Shown in pieces: positions 18,271 to 28,586 of a stretch of DNA of 64,000 bases. Origin of the DNA: Myxococcota bacterium (GTDB lineage: Bacteria > Myxococcota_A > UBA9160 > UBA6930). The position numbers were made by a program, and so were the translations under genes. The notes below the pieces were generated by a model. It saw only the letters and a list, made by a program, of their open reading frames with translations, was not told where the DNA came from and searched no databases. Location: the NCBI GenBank assembly GCA_965223415.1, contig OZ245002.1:2656001-2720000 (forward strand), in the 5' to 3' direction. The stretch's first letter is position 1. Each line of letters opens with the position of its first letter.

Positions 18271-20007
18271 TTAGTCCCGCGCTCCCCGCAGCAGGCGGCC
18301 CGGCAGCGCCCCGGTGTGCTCGCCTTCCCGGAAGGTCACCTCCCCCGCGACGATCGTGGCGGCGTAGCCCTCGGCCCGCTGGACGAGCCGGCGTGCGCCG
18401 GCAGGCAGGTCGTTCACCAGCTCCGGCAGCCGCAGCCGCAGGCGATCCATGTCGATCACGTTGGCGTCGCCCTTCCGCCCCGGGCGCAGGAGGCCGCGAT
18501 CGCGAAGGCCGTAGAGCTCAGCGGTATCGCGGGTCATCTTGCGCACGACCCTCTCGACCGGGAGCTTCGGCCCGCGGCTCCGGTCCCGCGCCCAGTGGGC
18601 GAGGAGCGAGGTGGGCATGCTGGCGTCGCAGATCGCGCCGCAGTGGGCACCACCGTCGCCCAGGCCGAAGGCGGTACGCGGATGCTCGAGCATCGCGCGC
18701 TGGGCCTCGAGATCGTAGTCGCTGTAGCCGAGGAGCGTGAGCATGAGGAGCTGGCGGCCATCCAGCTCGAGCATCCAGTCGTAGAGCAGGCCCTCCGGCT
18801 CGCGTCCCTGCTGCGCCGCCTGGGCCTTCAGGCTCTCCTCCGGCGCGGGCTCGTAGTTGGGCGGATCGCCGAGCCGGAACACCTTGTCGAGGCCGTTCTC
18901 GATCATCGCCATCACGATCGCGAGCTGCGGGATCGGGTAGTGGGACTCCTCCGACAGGATGCGCCGCCGCAGCTCCGGGTCCTTCAGCCGCACGACGCGC
19001 TCGGCGAGGGGAAGCTCGGCGATCGCCTGGTAGCTGGGGCGGTAGCTGAAGGGATGGAAGGTCGGGTGGCCGATCAGCAGCGTCGTCGGGCGGGAGCCGA
19101 CCTGCGGGCGCAGCCTCGCGCCGTCCCGCTCCCCCGCCTCGTCGCACAGCTCGAGGATCCGCTTCCAGTGGGTCGGCGCCACGTCGTGCTGCACCAGGGC
19201 GAAGCTCACCGGGCGGCCGATCTCGGCGGAGAGGCGGCGCATCCAGTCCACCTCCTTCTCGGGCGCCGACATGTCCTCGCCCTGCACGCCGGCCGGCGCC
19301 AGCTCGACGATGCCCTGGCCGAGCTCGCCCAGCACCCGTGCGATGCCGAAGATCTCCTCCTCAGGGGCGTGGGTGCCCGGCACGACCTCGCCGTCGACGG
19401 CGCGGTGCACGATGGTGCGCGACATGGAGAAGCCGAGGGCCCCGGCCCGAATCGCCTCCCGCACGATGCCTGCCATCTGCTCGATGTCCTGCTTCGTCGC
19501 GGGCTCGTTCTTCGCGCCGCGCTCGCCCATCACGTAGGCCCGCACCGCGCCGTGGGGCACCTGCGTGCCGATGTCGAGGGCGCGGGGCGACCCTTCGAGC
19601 GCGTCCAGGAACTCCGGGAAGGTCTCCCACCCCCACTGGATGCCTTCGTGGAGCGCCGTGCCCGGGATGTCCTCGACGCCCTCCATCAGGCCGATCAGGA
19701 AGTCCTCCTGGCCCGGGTGCACCGGCGCGAAGCCGACCCCGCAGTTGCCCATCACCAGGGTCGTCACACCGTGCCAGCAAGTGGGCGTGAGCAGCGGATC
19801 CCAGGTCGCCTGGCCGTCGTAGTGGGTGTGGATGTCGACCCAGCCCGGCGTGACGAGCTTTCCGCGGGCGTCGATCTCCTCGCGCCCCCGCTCGGAGACG
19901 CGCCCCACCTGGGCGACGCGCCCGCTCTCGATGGCGACGTCACCCTCGAAGGGCGCGTCGCCGCTGCCGTCGACGACCGTGCCGCCGCGAATCACCAGAT
20001 CGTGCAT
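18271..20007 (-). CDS. N-acyl-D-amino-acid deacylase-like amidohydrolase
   Basis: PGWVDIHTHYD, GNCGVG and GDGGAH motifs. GGGAGG SD before the ATG at 20007. Confidence 0.9.
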   Translation of the reverse strand: MHDLVIRGGTVVDGSGDAPFEGDVAIESGRVAQVGRVSERGREEIDARGKLVTPGWVDIHTHYDGQATWDPLLTPTCWHGVTTLVMGNCGVGFAPVHPGQEDFLIGLMEGVEDIPGTALHEGIQWGWETFPEFLDALEGSPRALDIGTQVPHGAVRAYVMGERGAKNEPATKQDIEQMAGIVREAIRAGALGFSMSRTIVHRAVDGEVVPGTHAPEEEIFGIARVLGELGQGIVELAPAGVQGEDMSAPEKEVDWMRRLSAEIGRPVSFALVQHDVAPTHWKRILELCDEAGERDGARLRPQVGSRPTTLLIGHPTFHPFSYRPSYQAIAELPLAERVVRLKDPELRRRILSEESHYPIPQLAIVMAMIENGLDKVFRLGDPPNYEPAPEESLKAQAAQQGREPEGLLYDWMLELDGRQLLMLTLLGYSDYDLEAQRAMLEHPRTAFGLGDGGAHCGAICDASMPTSLLAHWARDRSRGPKLPVERVVRKMTRDTAELYGLRDRGLLRPGRKGDANVIDMDRLRLRLPELVNDLPAGARRLVQRAEGYAATIVAGEVTFREGEHTGALPGRLLRGARD

Positions 20008-20020
20008 GGGGCCTCCCGGG

Positions 20021-20341
20021 TCAGGGCAGGCGGATCTCGAGGCCACCTTCCCCCTGGCGCAGGGCGTAGGTTACCGCGCCCCGTCGGATGGGGCGCTCGA
20101 CCGGAGAGCCGTCGCGCACGTCGAGCTTACCGCCGTGCTCCGGGCACTCGAGCACGCAGCCTCGCAGCCGCCCGCCGGACAGCGGCACGCGGACGTGAGG
20201 GCACAGGTCCTCGAGGGCGTAGGGCGTGCCCTCGGCGTTGGCGAGCAGCACGCGCGTGCCGGCGAGCTCGAAGCCGATCACCTCGCCGGGCGCCGGCAGC
20301 GCGACCGGCACCGGGCACCAGCCGCCCTCGGCGTCCTCCAA
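20021..20341 (-). CDS. Rieske-type ferredoxin
   Basis: CPH...CPEHG in a 106-aa protein. Confidence 0.85.
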   Translation of the reverse strand: MEDAEGGWCPVPVALPAPGEVIGFELAGTRVLLANAEGTPYALEDLCPHVRVPLSGGRLRGCVLECPEHGGKLDVRDGSPVERPIRRGAVTYALRQGEGGLEIRLP

Positions 20342-20345
20342 GGCG

Positions 20346-21617
20346 TCAGCCCTCGAGGTACTGCATCAGCGTGTGATGAAAGTGGCGGATGCGCACCTCC
20401 TGGGTGGAGAGGTGCAGCCCATGGAACGCGCTCGACTGCATGCCCGCCTGGATGCGCGGCAGGTTGTACATGTCCTCGTCGACCACCTCGCCCCCGGACA
20501 CGTGGGCCAGGGTGTCGCCGTCCTCGACGCGGTAGAAGGAGCGCTCGGGCCGCGGCACCTCCTGGGCGGGGGTGCGCATCAGGTTCACGAAGTCGAAGAC
20601 CATCCGGTTCGGGTCGGTCGGGTGCGGCCGGTGCCAGAACACCCACGCGAAGAGCGAGTGGATGTTGAGCGTGACGTTCGGGAAGAGCGTGTAGTGGTAG
20701 TCGTCGCACATCTGCGACTCGGTCATCTCGGAGAAGTCCGCGCCGAGCGCCGGGCCCATCTTGCGGATGGCGCCGGCGAAGGCGGCGCGCGCCTCGGCGG
20801 GCCCGCCGACGAAGCTCTCGACGTCCACCCCCACCCGCTTCAGGAAGTCGTTCTTGATGCCCGGGGTGACGCTGCCGTAGCCCGGGTGGCGCGGGCTCGC
20901 GATCACCTCCGGGAAGATCATGCGCGTGTGCCGCTCGTAGCAATCGTAGACGGTGTTCACGTCGTCGGTGAACTCGAGGGTCCAGGCGTGGGTGGCGTGG
21001 ACGTGGTAGGCCTCGTTGAAGGCGTCCACCGAGGTCTTCCAGTTGCAGGGCACCTCGATGGAGACGTCGGTCTCCACCTTCCACTCCTCGAAGTGGTAGG
21101 GCGCGAGGTGCTCGGGGATGACGCCCAGGTAGTCGAGGAGCGGGCCCGCCTGCGGGTCGAGACACACGAACACGAAGCCCGCCCAGGTGTCGCACTGCAC
21201 GGGCTGGAGGGCCAGCTCCTTCGGCGGGAGGCCCTGGGGGAAGCAGTGGGGATCGGTGGCGCGCAGCAGGGTGCCATCGAGGTCGTACTGCCAGCCATGG
21301 TAGATACAGGAGAAGCGGTCCGCGTGGCCGCGGCCCGGCTCGCGCAGGCGGTTGCCCCGGTGCATGCAGACGTTGTGGCGCGCGGCCAGGCGGCCGTCGG
21401 GGAGCCTCACGACCAGGATCGACTCCGGACCGATCTCGAAGGTGAAGTAGTCGCCGGGCTCGGCCAGGTCGGACTCGCGCCCGGCCAGGAGCCAGACCTT
21501 CGTCCACATCCGCTCCCACTCCCGGCGGGCGAACTCGGGCGAGGTGTAGCGCTCCTTCGGGATCAGGTCGGTGCCGAGATCGGGCTCGGGCTGCTTGTCG
21601 AGGGGCGTCGGCGACAT
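20346..21617 (-). CDS. Ring-hydroxylating oxygenase alpha subunit
   Basis: NVCMHRG...CIYHGW Rieske motif and NWK...DAFNEAYHVHATH iron site. ATG at 21617. Confidence 0.9.
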   Translation of the reverse strand: MSPTPLDKQPEPDLGTDLIPKERYTSPEFARREWERMWTKVWLLAGRESDLAEPGDYFTFEIGPESILVVRLPDGRLAARHNVCMHRGNRLREPGRGHADRFSCIYHGWQYDLDGTLLRATDPHCFPQGLPPKELALQPVQCDTWAGFVFVCLDPQAGPLLDYLGVIPEHLAPYHFEEWKVETDVSIEVPCNWKTSVDAFNEAYHVHATHAWTLEFTDDVNTVYDCYERHTRMIFPEVIASPRHPGYGSVTPGIKNDFLKRVGVDVESFVGGPAEARAAFAGAIRKMGPALGADFSEMTESQMCDDYHYTLFPNVTLNIHSLFAWVFWHRPHPTDPNRMVFDFVNLMRTPAQEVPRPERSFYRVEDGDTLAHVSGGEVVDEDMYNLPRIQAGMQSSAFHGLHLSTQEVRIRHFHHTLMQYLEG

Positions 21618-21625
21618 GGACCTAC

Positions 21626-22993
21626 TCAACCAGATGCGGCGAACCCCTGCCAGGCCAGCCTTCCGTTGCAGATCGTGGCGGCGACGAGCTCCCGGGAGAG
21701 CGCGTCCCGGGCCCGCGCCCACGGAAGCGTGAGCAGGCAGAGGTCCGCGGGCGCACCGGGGACGATCCGCCGAGGCGGCCCTCCGGGCGCCTCCAGGGGG
21801 CCGGAAAAGAGCGCCAGGGCCTCTTCGGGCAGGAGGGCCTCCTCGGCGCCAAGCGTGGCGCCGGCGCGGGTGCGACGGCCGGTGGCGGCGGCCATGGCGA
21901 GCCAGGGATCCGGCGTCCCGTAGGGCGCGTCGCTGCCGGCGGCGACGGGCACGCCGGCCCCGAGCCAGGCGCGCCCGCGCACCAGCCACGGGACGTCGCG
22001 CGGCTCGACGTCCCGCAGGTAGGCGTCGCCGCGCTCGAAGACGAAGCCCGGCTGCAGCACCACGGTGACGCCGAGCTCCCGGGCCAGCACCACCGCCTCC
22101 GGCGGGGCGACCGCCGCGTGCTCGATGCGATCGCCCGGGCGGGAGCCCGCCTCCGCGAGGGCACCCAGGGCGAGCACCAGCTCCGCGCGGGTCACCGCGT
22201 GGATCGCCACCCCGCGGTCCTCGTCCCGGGCCGCCCGGATCTCGTCGACCAGCGCGCCGAAGGCGGGGAGGCGCGGCTCGTCGAGGAGCAGCTTGCGCTC
22301 GCCACCGGGTAGGCCGGGGCCGCCCATCACCCGGACCCGCTGGGGCAGCGCGCCGCTCTCGCGAGCGGCGTCGAACCATCGGCGGGTGGCGGCGTCGTTG
22401 TCGGCGCCGGCGTCGGTGAAGCCGGTGATGCCGGCCCGCAGCAGGAGTGCCGCGGCTGCTGACACATCGGGCGGCGCCGAGGGGCCCATGCGTTCGCGGA
22501 GCCAGCGATCGGCCCGGAACAGCCGCCCGTCCCGGGCGCCCTCCGGCGCGCCGCCCAGGGCAGTCAACGCGGCGGAGTTGAGCATCCAGAGGGCGCCGGT
22601 GCGGTGCTGGATGCGAACGGGCACGTCGCCCCGAAGCGCGTCGAGGGCCGTGCAGTCCAGGTGTCCCGCCACCGCCTCGTGGTAGCCGACTCCGCGGATC
22701 CAGCCGTTCCGCGGCTCGGCGGCGGTGAGGACCGCGGCCAGGGCATCGCGGTCGCCGACCTCCGGCGGCCCGCAGGCCACCGAGGCCATGGCTGCGGCCA
22801 GGCCGAGCAGGTGCAGGTGATGATCGTGGAGGCCCGGCACGAGCGCCCCGCCCCGCGCCTCGATCACCGGCTCTCCGGCGCGCGGGGCAAGCGTGTCGGC
22901 GACGGCCTCGATGCAGCCCTCCGCCACCCGCACGTCGCGGGCCCGCCCGTCCACCTCGCAGCCGCGGAGCAGCAGGGCCCCTTCGTCAGCCGT
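21626..22993 (-). CDS. Amidohydrolase family 3 (YtcJ-like); start uncertain (ACG 22993, CTG 22975 or GTG 22954)
   Basis: PGLHDHHLH, AIHAV, RIEHA and GSDAPY motifs. The in-frame LLLRGCEVDG lies upstream of the first GTG. Confidence 0.85.
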   Translation of the reverse strand, partial: TADEGALLLRGCEVDGRARDVRVAEGCIEAVADTLAPRAGEPVIEARGGALVPGLHDHHLHLLGLAAAMASVACGPPEVGDRDALAAVLTAAEPRNGWIRGVGYHEAVAGHLDCTALDALRGDVPVRIQHRTGALWMLNSAALTALGGAPEGARDGRLFRADRWLRERMGPSAPPDVSAAAALLLRAGITGFTDAGADNDAATRRWFDAARESGALPQRVRVMGGPGLPGGERKLLLDEPRLPAFGALVDEIRAARDEDRGVAIHAVTRAELVLALGALAEAGSRPGDRIEHAAVAPPEAVVLARELGVTVVLQPGFVFERGDAYLRDVEPRDVPWLVRGRAWLGAGVPVAAGSDAPYGTPDPWLAMAAATGRRTRAGATLGAEEALLPEEALALFSGPLEAPGGPPRRIVPGAPADLCLLTLPWARARDALSRELVAATICNGRLAWQGFAASG

Positions 22994-24557
22994 CGTCGGT
23001 CCGCTCCGTCACCGGTGCCAGGCGCTCGCGGTCGCCGAGCACCTGCTCGACGCCGGGCAGGGGCCGGCACAGCACCAGCAGCTGGAAGCCGAAGAGCGTC
23101 TGCCAGACCCGCGCCAGGAGACCGCTCCCAGCCTCCAGCCAACGCCCGAGCCGCCCCCCGACCACGGCCTCCCAGGGCACGGGCACGCCGCGCACCCACT
23201 CGATCTCGTAGCCGCAATCCCGCAGCATGCGCAGCAGGGAGGCGCGGTTCAGGAGCCGCTTGTGGGCAATGTCGAGGATGCCCCGGTCGCCGTAGTTGAA
23301 GCGGCCGAAGAGCAGCGCCAGTCGGTTGCTCGCGAAAGCGACGTTGGGCGTGGCGACCAGCACGGCGGGCCCGACGGCTCCCGGCTGGAGCGCACGACTG
23401 CGGTTGCGCAGCGCCAGCAGGAAGCCCTCGGGATCCTCCAGCTCCTCGAGCACGTCGAGCAGCAGCACCGCGTCGTAGTCGAAGGGGTCGACGGGCAGGG
23501 GATCGCCCAGGTCGGCCTTGAGGAAGCGGTGCAGGTGCGCAGCCGCGGGCTCCTCCCGGTCGATCCCGGTCACGAGGGCTCCCTGGGCCTGGGCGATCTC
23601 CGCCACCACCGCCGAGCCGCAGCCCACGTCCAGGATCCGCCGCGGCGCGAGCTCCCGCAGGGCCTCCGCCGCCATGCGGTGGGCCGAGTAGAGGGCGCCG
23701 CCCTCCTGGCTCCGCCAGGGCGGATCGTCGAGGTTGCGGTAGCGCAGCGAACAGATCATCCCCATGCGGTGCATGCGGTAGCGGAAGGTCTCGAGGGTCA
23801 CGTTCCAGGCGTAGTCGAGCCCGTCGACGTGGCAGTCCTCGTCCCCGTAGTGGGTGGGGATGTCGAACTCCTCGATCGTCGCGCCGACGTGCATCGCCTG
23901 GAGCAGGATCTCCGTGTCGAAGTGGAAATCGTTCGTGTTGATCTCGAAGGGCACCTTGCGTAGGAACGACGAGGCGTAGCCCCGGTAGCCCGTGTGGTAC
24001 TCGGAGAGATGACGACCGGTGAAGAGGTTCTGGAAGGTGGTGAGGATGCGGTTGCCCGCCAGCTTGTAGAGCGGCATGCCGCCGGCGCGTGCACTGGCGA
24101 GATCGCCCATCCGCGAGCCCAGCACCACGTCGGCGCCGGTGCGCTCCCAGGTCTCGATGAACTTGGGGAGCAGCTCCGGCGCGTACTGCCCGTCGCCGTG
24201 CAACAGGATCGTGAAATCGTAGCCCGCGTCGACGGCCTGGCGGTAGCCGAGCTTCTGGTTGCCGCCGTAGCCCTGGTTGACCGGGTTGCGGGTGACGCTG
24301 ACGTTCCGGATCCCGCGCTCGTCGAGCCATGCCTGCAGCCGGTCGGGGCCGGCGTCGCCGGAGGCGTCGTCGATCACCAGGAAGTGGACCCGCGGATCGT
24401 CGAAGAGCCCGGAGGGTACGCGCTCGAACACGGAGACGAGGTGGCGCTCCGCCCGGTAGGCGACGACGAAGACCAGGATCCTGGCGTCGGGACGCGTTCC
24501 CGACGTGGGGTCGGTCGGCTCGCTGGCGCGGCGTTCGTTCACACTGGGATCCGCCAC
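22986..24557 (-). CDS. GT2 glycosyltransferase (polyprenyl-phosphate sugar synthase-like) fused to a class I SAM methyltransferase
   Basis: VVAYRAE, IDDASGD, NQGYGGNQK, HGDGQY and GSR motifs. C-terminal ILDVGCGS and LDVLEELEDP. Confidence 0.88.
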   Translation of the reverse strand: MADPSVNERRASEPTDPTSGTRPDARILVFVVAYRAERHLVSVFERVPSGLFDDPRVHFLVIDDASGDAGPDRLQAWLDERGIRNVSVTRNPVNQGYGGNQKLGYRQAVDAGYDFTILLHGDGQYAPELLPKFIETWERTGADVVLGSRMGDLASARAGGMPLYKLAGNRILTTFQNLFTGRHLSEYHTGYRGYASSFLRKVPFEINTNDFHFDTEILLQAMHVGATIEEFDIPTHYGDEDCHVDGLDYAWNVTLETFRYRMHRMGMICSLRYRNLDDPPWRSQEGGALYSAHRMAAEALRELAPRRILDVGCGSAVVAEIAQAQGALVTGIDREEPAAAHLHRFLKADLGDPLPVDPFDYDAVLLLDVLEELEDPEGFLLALRNRSRALQPGAVGPAVLVATPNVAFASNRLALLFGRFNYGDRGILDIAHKRLLNRASLLRMLRDCGYEIEWVRGVPVPWEAVVGGRLGRWLEAGSGLLARVWQTLFGFQLLVLCRPLPGVEQVLGDRERLAPVTERTDDG

Positions 24558-24564
24558 CGCGAGG

Positions 24565-27075
24565 CTACCGCGTCCCGGCCGCGGCCTGCTCCTCGCCGGC
24601 GCCGAGCAGGGCGGCGATGCGCCCGGCGGTGCGCCGGGCGTCGGCCTCCAGCTCGACGCTGCCCCGAGCGGCGATGCGAGCCTCGTCCAGGGCCTTCTGC
24701 GCCTCGTCGGCACGCTCGAGGGACGCGAGGGCCTCCGCCCTCCGCAGCAGCAGGCTCGCCCGCGTCTCGCCCTCTCCGTTCTGCAGGCCTTCGTCGGCCA
24801 GGGCCAGGGCCTCCGCGGGTCGATCTTCGGCGAGCCGCACCAGCGCGAGGGTGTCGAGCACCACCGGCTCACGGCCCACCGCCTCGAGAACCGTGGCCGC
24901 GAGGGCACCCGCCTCGGAGGGATCGGTGCGGTGTCTGGCCAGCTGGCGAGCCAGCGCCTGCCGGGCCTTGAGCGATCTCGGATGGGCACGCGCCGCGTCC
25001 CGCGAGGCGCGCAGGGCACCGCCGGGGTCGCCGTCCAGCTCGAGGAAGACAGCGTGCATGAGGAGCAGATAGAGGTTCTCCGGATCCGTCCGGAGCCCGC
25101 CGGCCACGCGAATGCGCGCCAGCTCGCCCTTGCCCGCGGTGAGCTCCGCCCGGGCGAGCCGCGAGGCGGCAGGGGGTTGGCGCAGCTCCGACTGGGGAAG
25201 CGTCGTGAGGCGCTCGCGGGAGGACGCCGTGTCTCCGTCCTCCAGGTCGAGAGCCGCGAGCCGCCAGACCGCCTCGGCCTCGAAGATCCGCGCCCGGGTC
25301 GCCGCCTCGTAGTGGCTGCGCGCTTCGTCGCGCCGGCCCGCCAGCTCGGCGAGCCGCCCCAGCCCGATCGATGCGGCGCCCTGGCTCGGCTCCAGCTCGA
25401 GGGCGCGTCGGTAGCGACGGGTCGCCGCCGAGGCCTGACCCACGGTCTCCGCGATCTGCCCGAGGAGCACCTCCGGGTTGCCCCGGGTGGGCCCGAAGCG
25501 CGCCGCCCCGAGCGCCGCCTCGACGGCGGCCTCGAAACGCTGGGCACCGAGGGCCGCCTGTCCGCGCAGCAACGCGAGCTCGTAGCTGCGGTCGCCGATC
25601 GCGTCGAACTTCTCGAAGGCGGCGTCGTACCTCCGGCGGGCGAGCAGGTTCATGCCCTGGAAGAGGTCTTCCAGGAGATGGATCTCGTCCTTCGGGTCGA
25701 TGCCCCCGATGATCCCGAGCTCTCCCCGGGCCACCTCCGGGCCCTCGGTGACGTAGCCCAGGGCTTCGAGCTGGGCGCGCTCGTCGCTGCTGAGATCGGT
25801 CGTGAGCTCGATGGGCCGACCCTTCTCGCGCTCGCTCACCGCGGCATCGAGCTCCCGCACCAGCGCCGGCTCGGCCGAAGCCAGATCCACCAGCTCGTCC
25901 GGATCCTCCTCGAGCGCGTAGAGCTCGGGCCGCGGCGCGCGGATGTACTTGTGGGTCGCCGTGCGGACACCGAGGAGCGGGCTCCAGCCGAGGTCGAGCT
26001 GGGTGGCGAGCGTCTCCACCCACGCCACGCGGGGCGGCTCCGGGGTGCCCTCCCACAGGCCGCGCAGGCTGCGACCGGTGCCCTTCGGCAGCGGAAGCGC
26101 CGCGAGATCGGCCAGGGTCGGCGCGACGTCGGCCAGCCGCACCAGCTCGGGCACCACCTGCGCCCCGGGCACGCCGGGCCCCGCCACCACCAGCGGCACG
26201 TGCTGGGTGGCGTCGTAGATGCCGAGGGAGTGGGTGAACTCGCCGTGCTCGCCCATGGCTTCGCCGTGATCCGAGGTCACGACCACCAGGGTGCCGGTGG
26301 GCCAGCGCTCGGCAATCCCGGCCAGCAGCCGTCCGACCTCCGCGTCGGCGTAGGCGATCTCTCCGTCGTAGAGGTTGGCCGCGCCGAGCTGGCTGGCGTA
26401 GGGCTCCGGAGGCTCGTGGTCCGCGTGCGGATCGTACAGGTGGAGGAACAGCAGGAATCGCTCGGGCGCCTCGGCCACCCAGCCGAGGGCGGCATCCACG
26501 GTGCCGGTCGCGTCGCGAGTGGGCACGGTGGGGCCGGCGTGGGTGCGGGTGCTGGCGCCCAGCTCGTCGTCGTAGCGATCGAAGCCCTGGGCCAGGCCGA
26601 ACTGCCGATCGAGCACGTAGGCCGAGACGAAGGCTCCGGTGGCGAAGCCCGCCTCCCTGGCCGCCTCCGCCAGGGTCGGGATCTCCTCCGCGAGTCGGAA
26701 GACACCGTTGTGCCGGGCGCCGTGCTGGGGCGGATCGAGGCCGGTCAGCAGCGTGCTGTGGGAGGGCAGGGTCATGGGCGTGGGGGCGATGGCGGTCTCG
26801 AAGCGCACCCCCGCCTCGGCCAGAGCGTCGATCACCGGCGTCCTGGCCTGCTCGGCGCCATAACAACCCACGTGGTCGGCCCGCAGCGTGTCGATCGAGA
26901 CGACCACCATGCGGCGGATCCCGGCGGCGTCCCCCTCGAAGGAGAGCGAGGCGGGCTCGGCCGGCGGCGCGACGGTCTCGGGCGCCGGGGGCGCCCCGCC
27001 CGGCTCGCCGCACGCCAGGGCCAGCACCAGCGCGGCGAGGCACGGTGCCCACCGGCCGGGGCGCGGACGCTGCAT
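24565..27075 (-). CDS. Sulfatase-like hydrolase/transferase lipoprotein with C-terminal TPRs
   Basis: LALAC lipobox, SIDTLRAD, TLPSHSTLLTG, YDPH, SDHGE and LEALGY motifs, followed by TPR-like helices. Confidence 0.88.
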   Translation of the reverse strand: MQRPRPGRWAPCLAALVLALACGEPGGAPPAPETVAPPAEPASLSFEGDAAGIRRMVVVSIDTLRADHVGCYGAEQARTPVIDALAEAGVRFETAIAPTPMTLPSHSTLLTGLDPPQHGARHNGVFRLAEEIPTLAEAAREAGFATGAFVSAYVLDRQFGLAQGFDRYDDELGASTRTHAGPTVPTRDATGTVDAALGWVAEAPERFLLFLHLYDPHADHEPPEPYASQLGAANLYDGEIAYADAEVGRLLAGIAERWPTGTLVVVTSDHGEAMGEHGEFTHSLGIYDATQHVPLVVAGPGVPGAQVVPELVRLADVAPTLADLAALPLPKGTGRSLRGLWEGTPEPPRVAWVETLATQLDLGWSPLLGVRTATHKYIRAPRPELYALEEDPDELVDLASAEPALVRELDAAVSEREKGRPIELTTDLSSDERAQLEALGYVTEGPEVARGELGIIGGIDPKDEIHLLEDLFQGMNLLARRRYDAAFEKFDAIGDRSYELALLRGQAALGAQRFEAAVEAALGAARFGPTRGNPEVLLGQIAETVGQASAATRRYRRALELEPSQGAASIGLGRLAELAGRRDEARSHYEAATRARIFEAEAVWRLAALDLEDGDTASSRERLTTLPQSELRQPPAASRLARAELTAGKGELARIRVAGGLRTDPENLYLLLMHAVFLELDGDPGGALRASRDAARAHPRSLKARQALARQLARHRTDPSEAGALAATVLEAVGREPVVLDTLALVRLAEDRPAEALALADEGLQNGEGETRASLLLRRAEALASLERADEAQKALDEARIAARGSVELEADARRTAGRIAALLGAGEEQAAAGTR

Positions 27076-27078
27076 CGT

Positions 27079-28464
27079 TCAGTTCACCACGTAGCCGAGC
27101 GCTCGGAGCTGGGCCTTGTACATCTCGTCGATCTCGACCTGATCCGCCTCGCCCCAGGCGAGGGGAAGCTCGAGCCGGGCCTCCAGATCCGCGCGGAGCT
27201 CGTCGGCCCACTCCGGCGGGCTCTTGGCCAGGTTCCGCTTCTCCCCCGGATCAGTCTCGAGATCGTAGATCTGCAGCGTCTTGTCCGGGTCGGCGGGCTT
27301 CCACATCAGCCGCCGACCGTCCTTGCGGATCCCGACCAGCGGCGAGGCCTCCTGTTCCATTCGCCCCCAGCGTTGGTCGATGTACGAAACGGAGACGGGA
27401 GTCTCCATGGCCTCTCCGCGCGCGGACGCCAGCATGAGGGGCACCAGGGACTGGCCGTCGGTCTGCTCGAGGGCTGGCAGCCCGAGCATGTCGAGGAGGG
27501 TCGGCCAGATGTCGACGTTGCGGACCAGGGGCTCCACCACGAGCTCCTGCTGGAGGCTGAAGGGCAGGATCATGATGAAGGGGACCTCGGTCACCTCCCG
27601 GTAGAGATCGTGGGCGTGGCCCTCGCGGCGGTGCTCCCGGAACGCCTCGCCGTGGTCCGAGCCGATCACGACGATCGTGTCCTTCATCAGGTCCAGGTCC
27701 TCGAGCTCGCGCACGATCCAGTCGACGTGCCGATCGGTCCAGTGGATCGAGGCGTCGTAGGCGTCCGAGAGCGAGGAACCCCAGCCCTGGGCCGCGGCCT
27801 CCGGATCGTAGGCGTACTGGTGGACGTCCATGTAATGGAGGTACAGGAGGAACGGGTCCTTGCCGTGACTCTTCAGGAACTCCACGGCGGCCCGGCTGAC
27901 GTCGGCGTCCGTGCCGGGCAGGCGCCTCGTGCCGGGGAGAGGCTTCTCGAAGTTGTCCTGGGCCCGCGGCGCGGGGCGGAGGTAGAGGTCGAAGCCCTGA
28001 TCGAAGCCGAAGTTCGACGCGACCCAACCGTTGCGCCAGATGCCGGCGGTCCGGTAGCCGGCCTCCTTGAAGATCTCGGCGGGCATCTTCACGTCGTCGA
28101 CCAGGCCGTCGTCGAAGCGCAGGATGCCCGTGCGGGGCGGCAGGACGCCGGTCCAGAGCGAGGCCATCGAGGACTTGGTCCAGCTCGAGTGGGCCTCGGT
28201 ATGCGCGAAGCGGACCCCGGTGGAGACGAGGTGGTCGATGCGCGGCGTGGTCTCGCGCTCGTAGCCGTAGGCGCTGAGGCGATCCGCCCGGAGCATGTCG
28301 ATCAGGATGAAGACCACGTTCAGCGGGCGCTCGCGCTCCGAGAGGGCCTGGATGTCCTCGATCTGGCCCCCGGGCCGGGGGGGCAGCTCGATGCGGACGA
28401 AGGTCGCGAGCACCGCGCCGACCACGATGAGTGCGCCAATCAGGAAGCGGGTCCGTGCCTGCAT
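27079..28464 (-). CDS. Membrane-anchored sulfatase-like hydrolase/transferase
   Basis: N-terminal TM, NVVFILIDMLRAD, WTKSSMASLWTG, HYMDVH, SDHGE and LRALGY motifs. Confidence 0.88.
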   Translation of the reverse strand: MQARTRFLIGALIVVGAVLATFVRIELPPRPGGQIEDIQALSERERPLNVVFILIDMLRADRLSAYGYERETTPRIDHLVSTGVRFAHTEAHSSWTKSSMASLWTGVLPPRTGILRFDDGLVDDVKMPAEIFKEAGYRTAGIWRNGWVASNFGFDQGFDLYLRPAPRAQDNFEKPLPGTRRLPGTDADVSRAAVEFLKSHGKDPFLLYLHYMDVHQYAYDPEAAAQGWGSSLSDAYDASIHWTDRHVDWIVRELEDLDLMKDTIVVIGSDHGEAFREHRREGHAHDLYREVTEVPFIMILPFSLQQELVVEPLVRNVDIWPTLLDMLGLPALEQTDGQSLVPLMLASARGEAMETPVSVSYIDQRWGRMEQEASPLVGIRKDGRRLMWKPADPDKTLQIYDLETDPGEKRNLAKSPPEWADELRADLEARLELPLAWGEADQVEIDEMYKAQLRALGYVVN

Positions 28465-28586
28465 GGATGAGGGATCCTTCCGAAGAGAACCTGCGAGGCT
28501 ACCAAAGGGGAGGTGTCGGGCGAAGCCCTTCGATCCGCGAGTTCTCGGCCCTCCGCGGCCACCCCTTGGCCGCCCGGAACCCTCTG

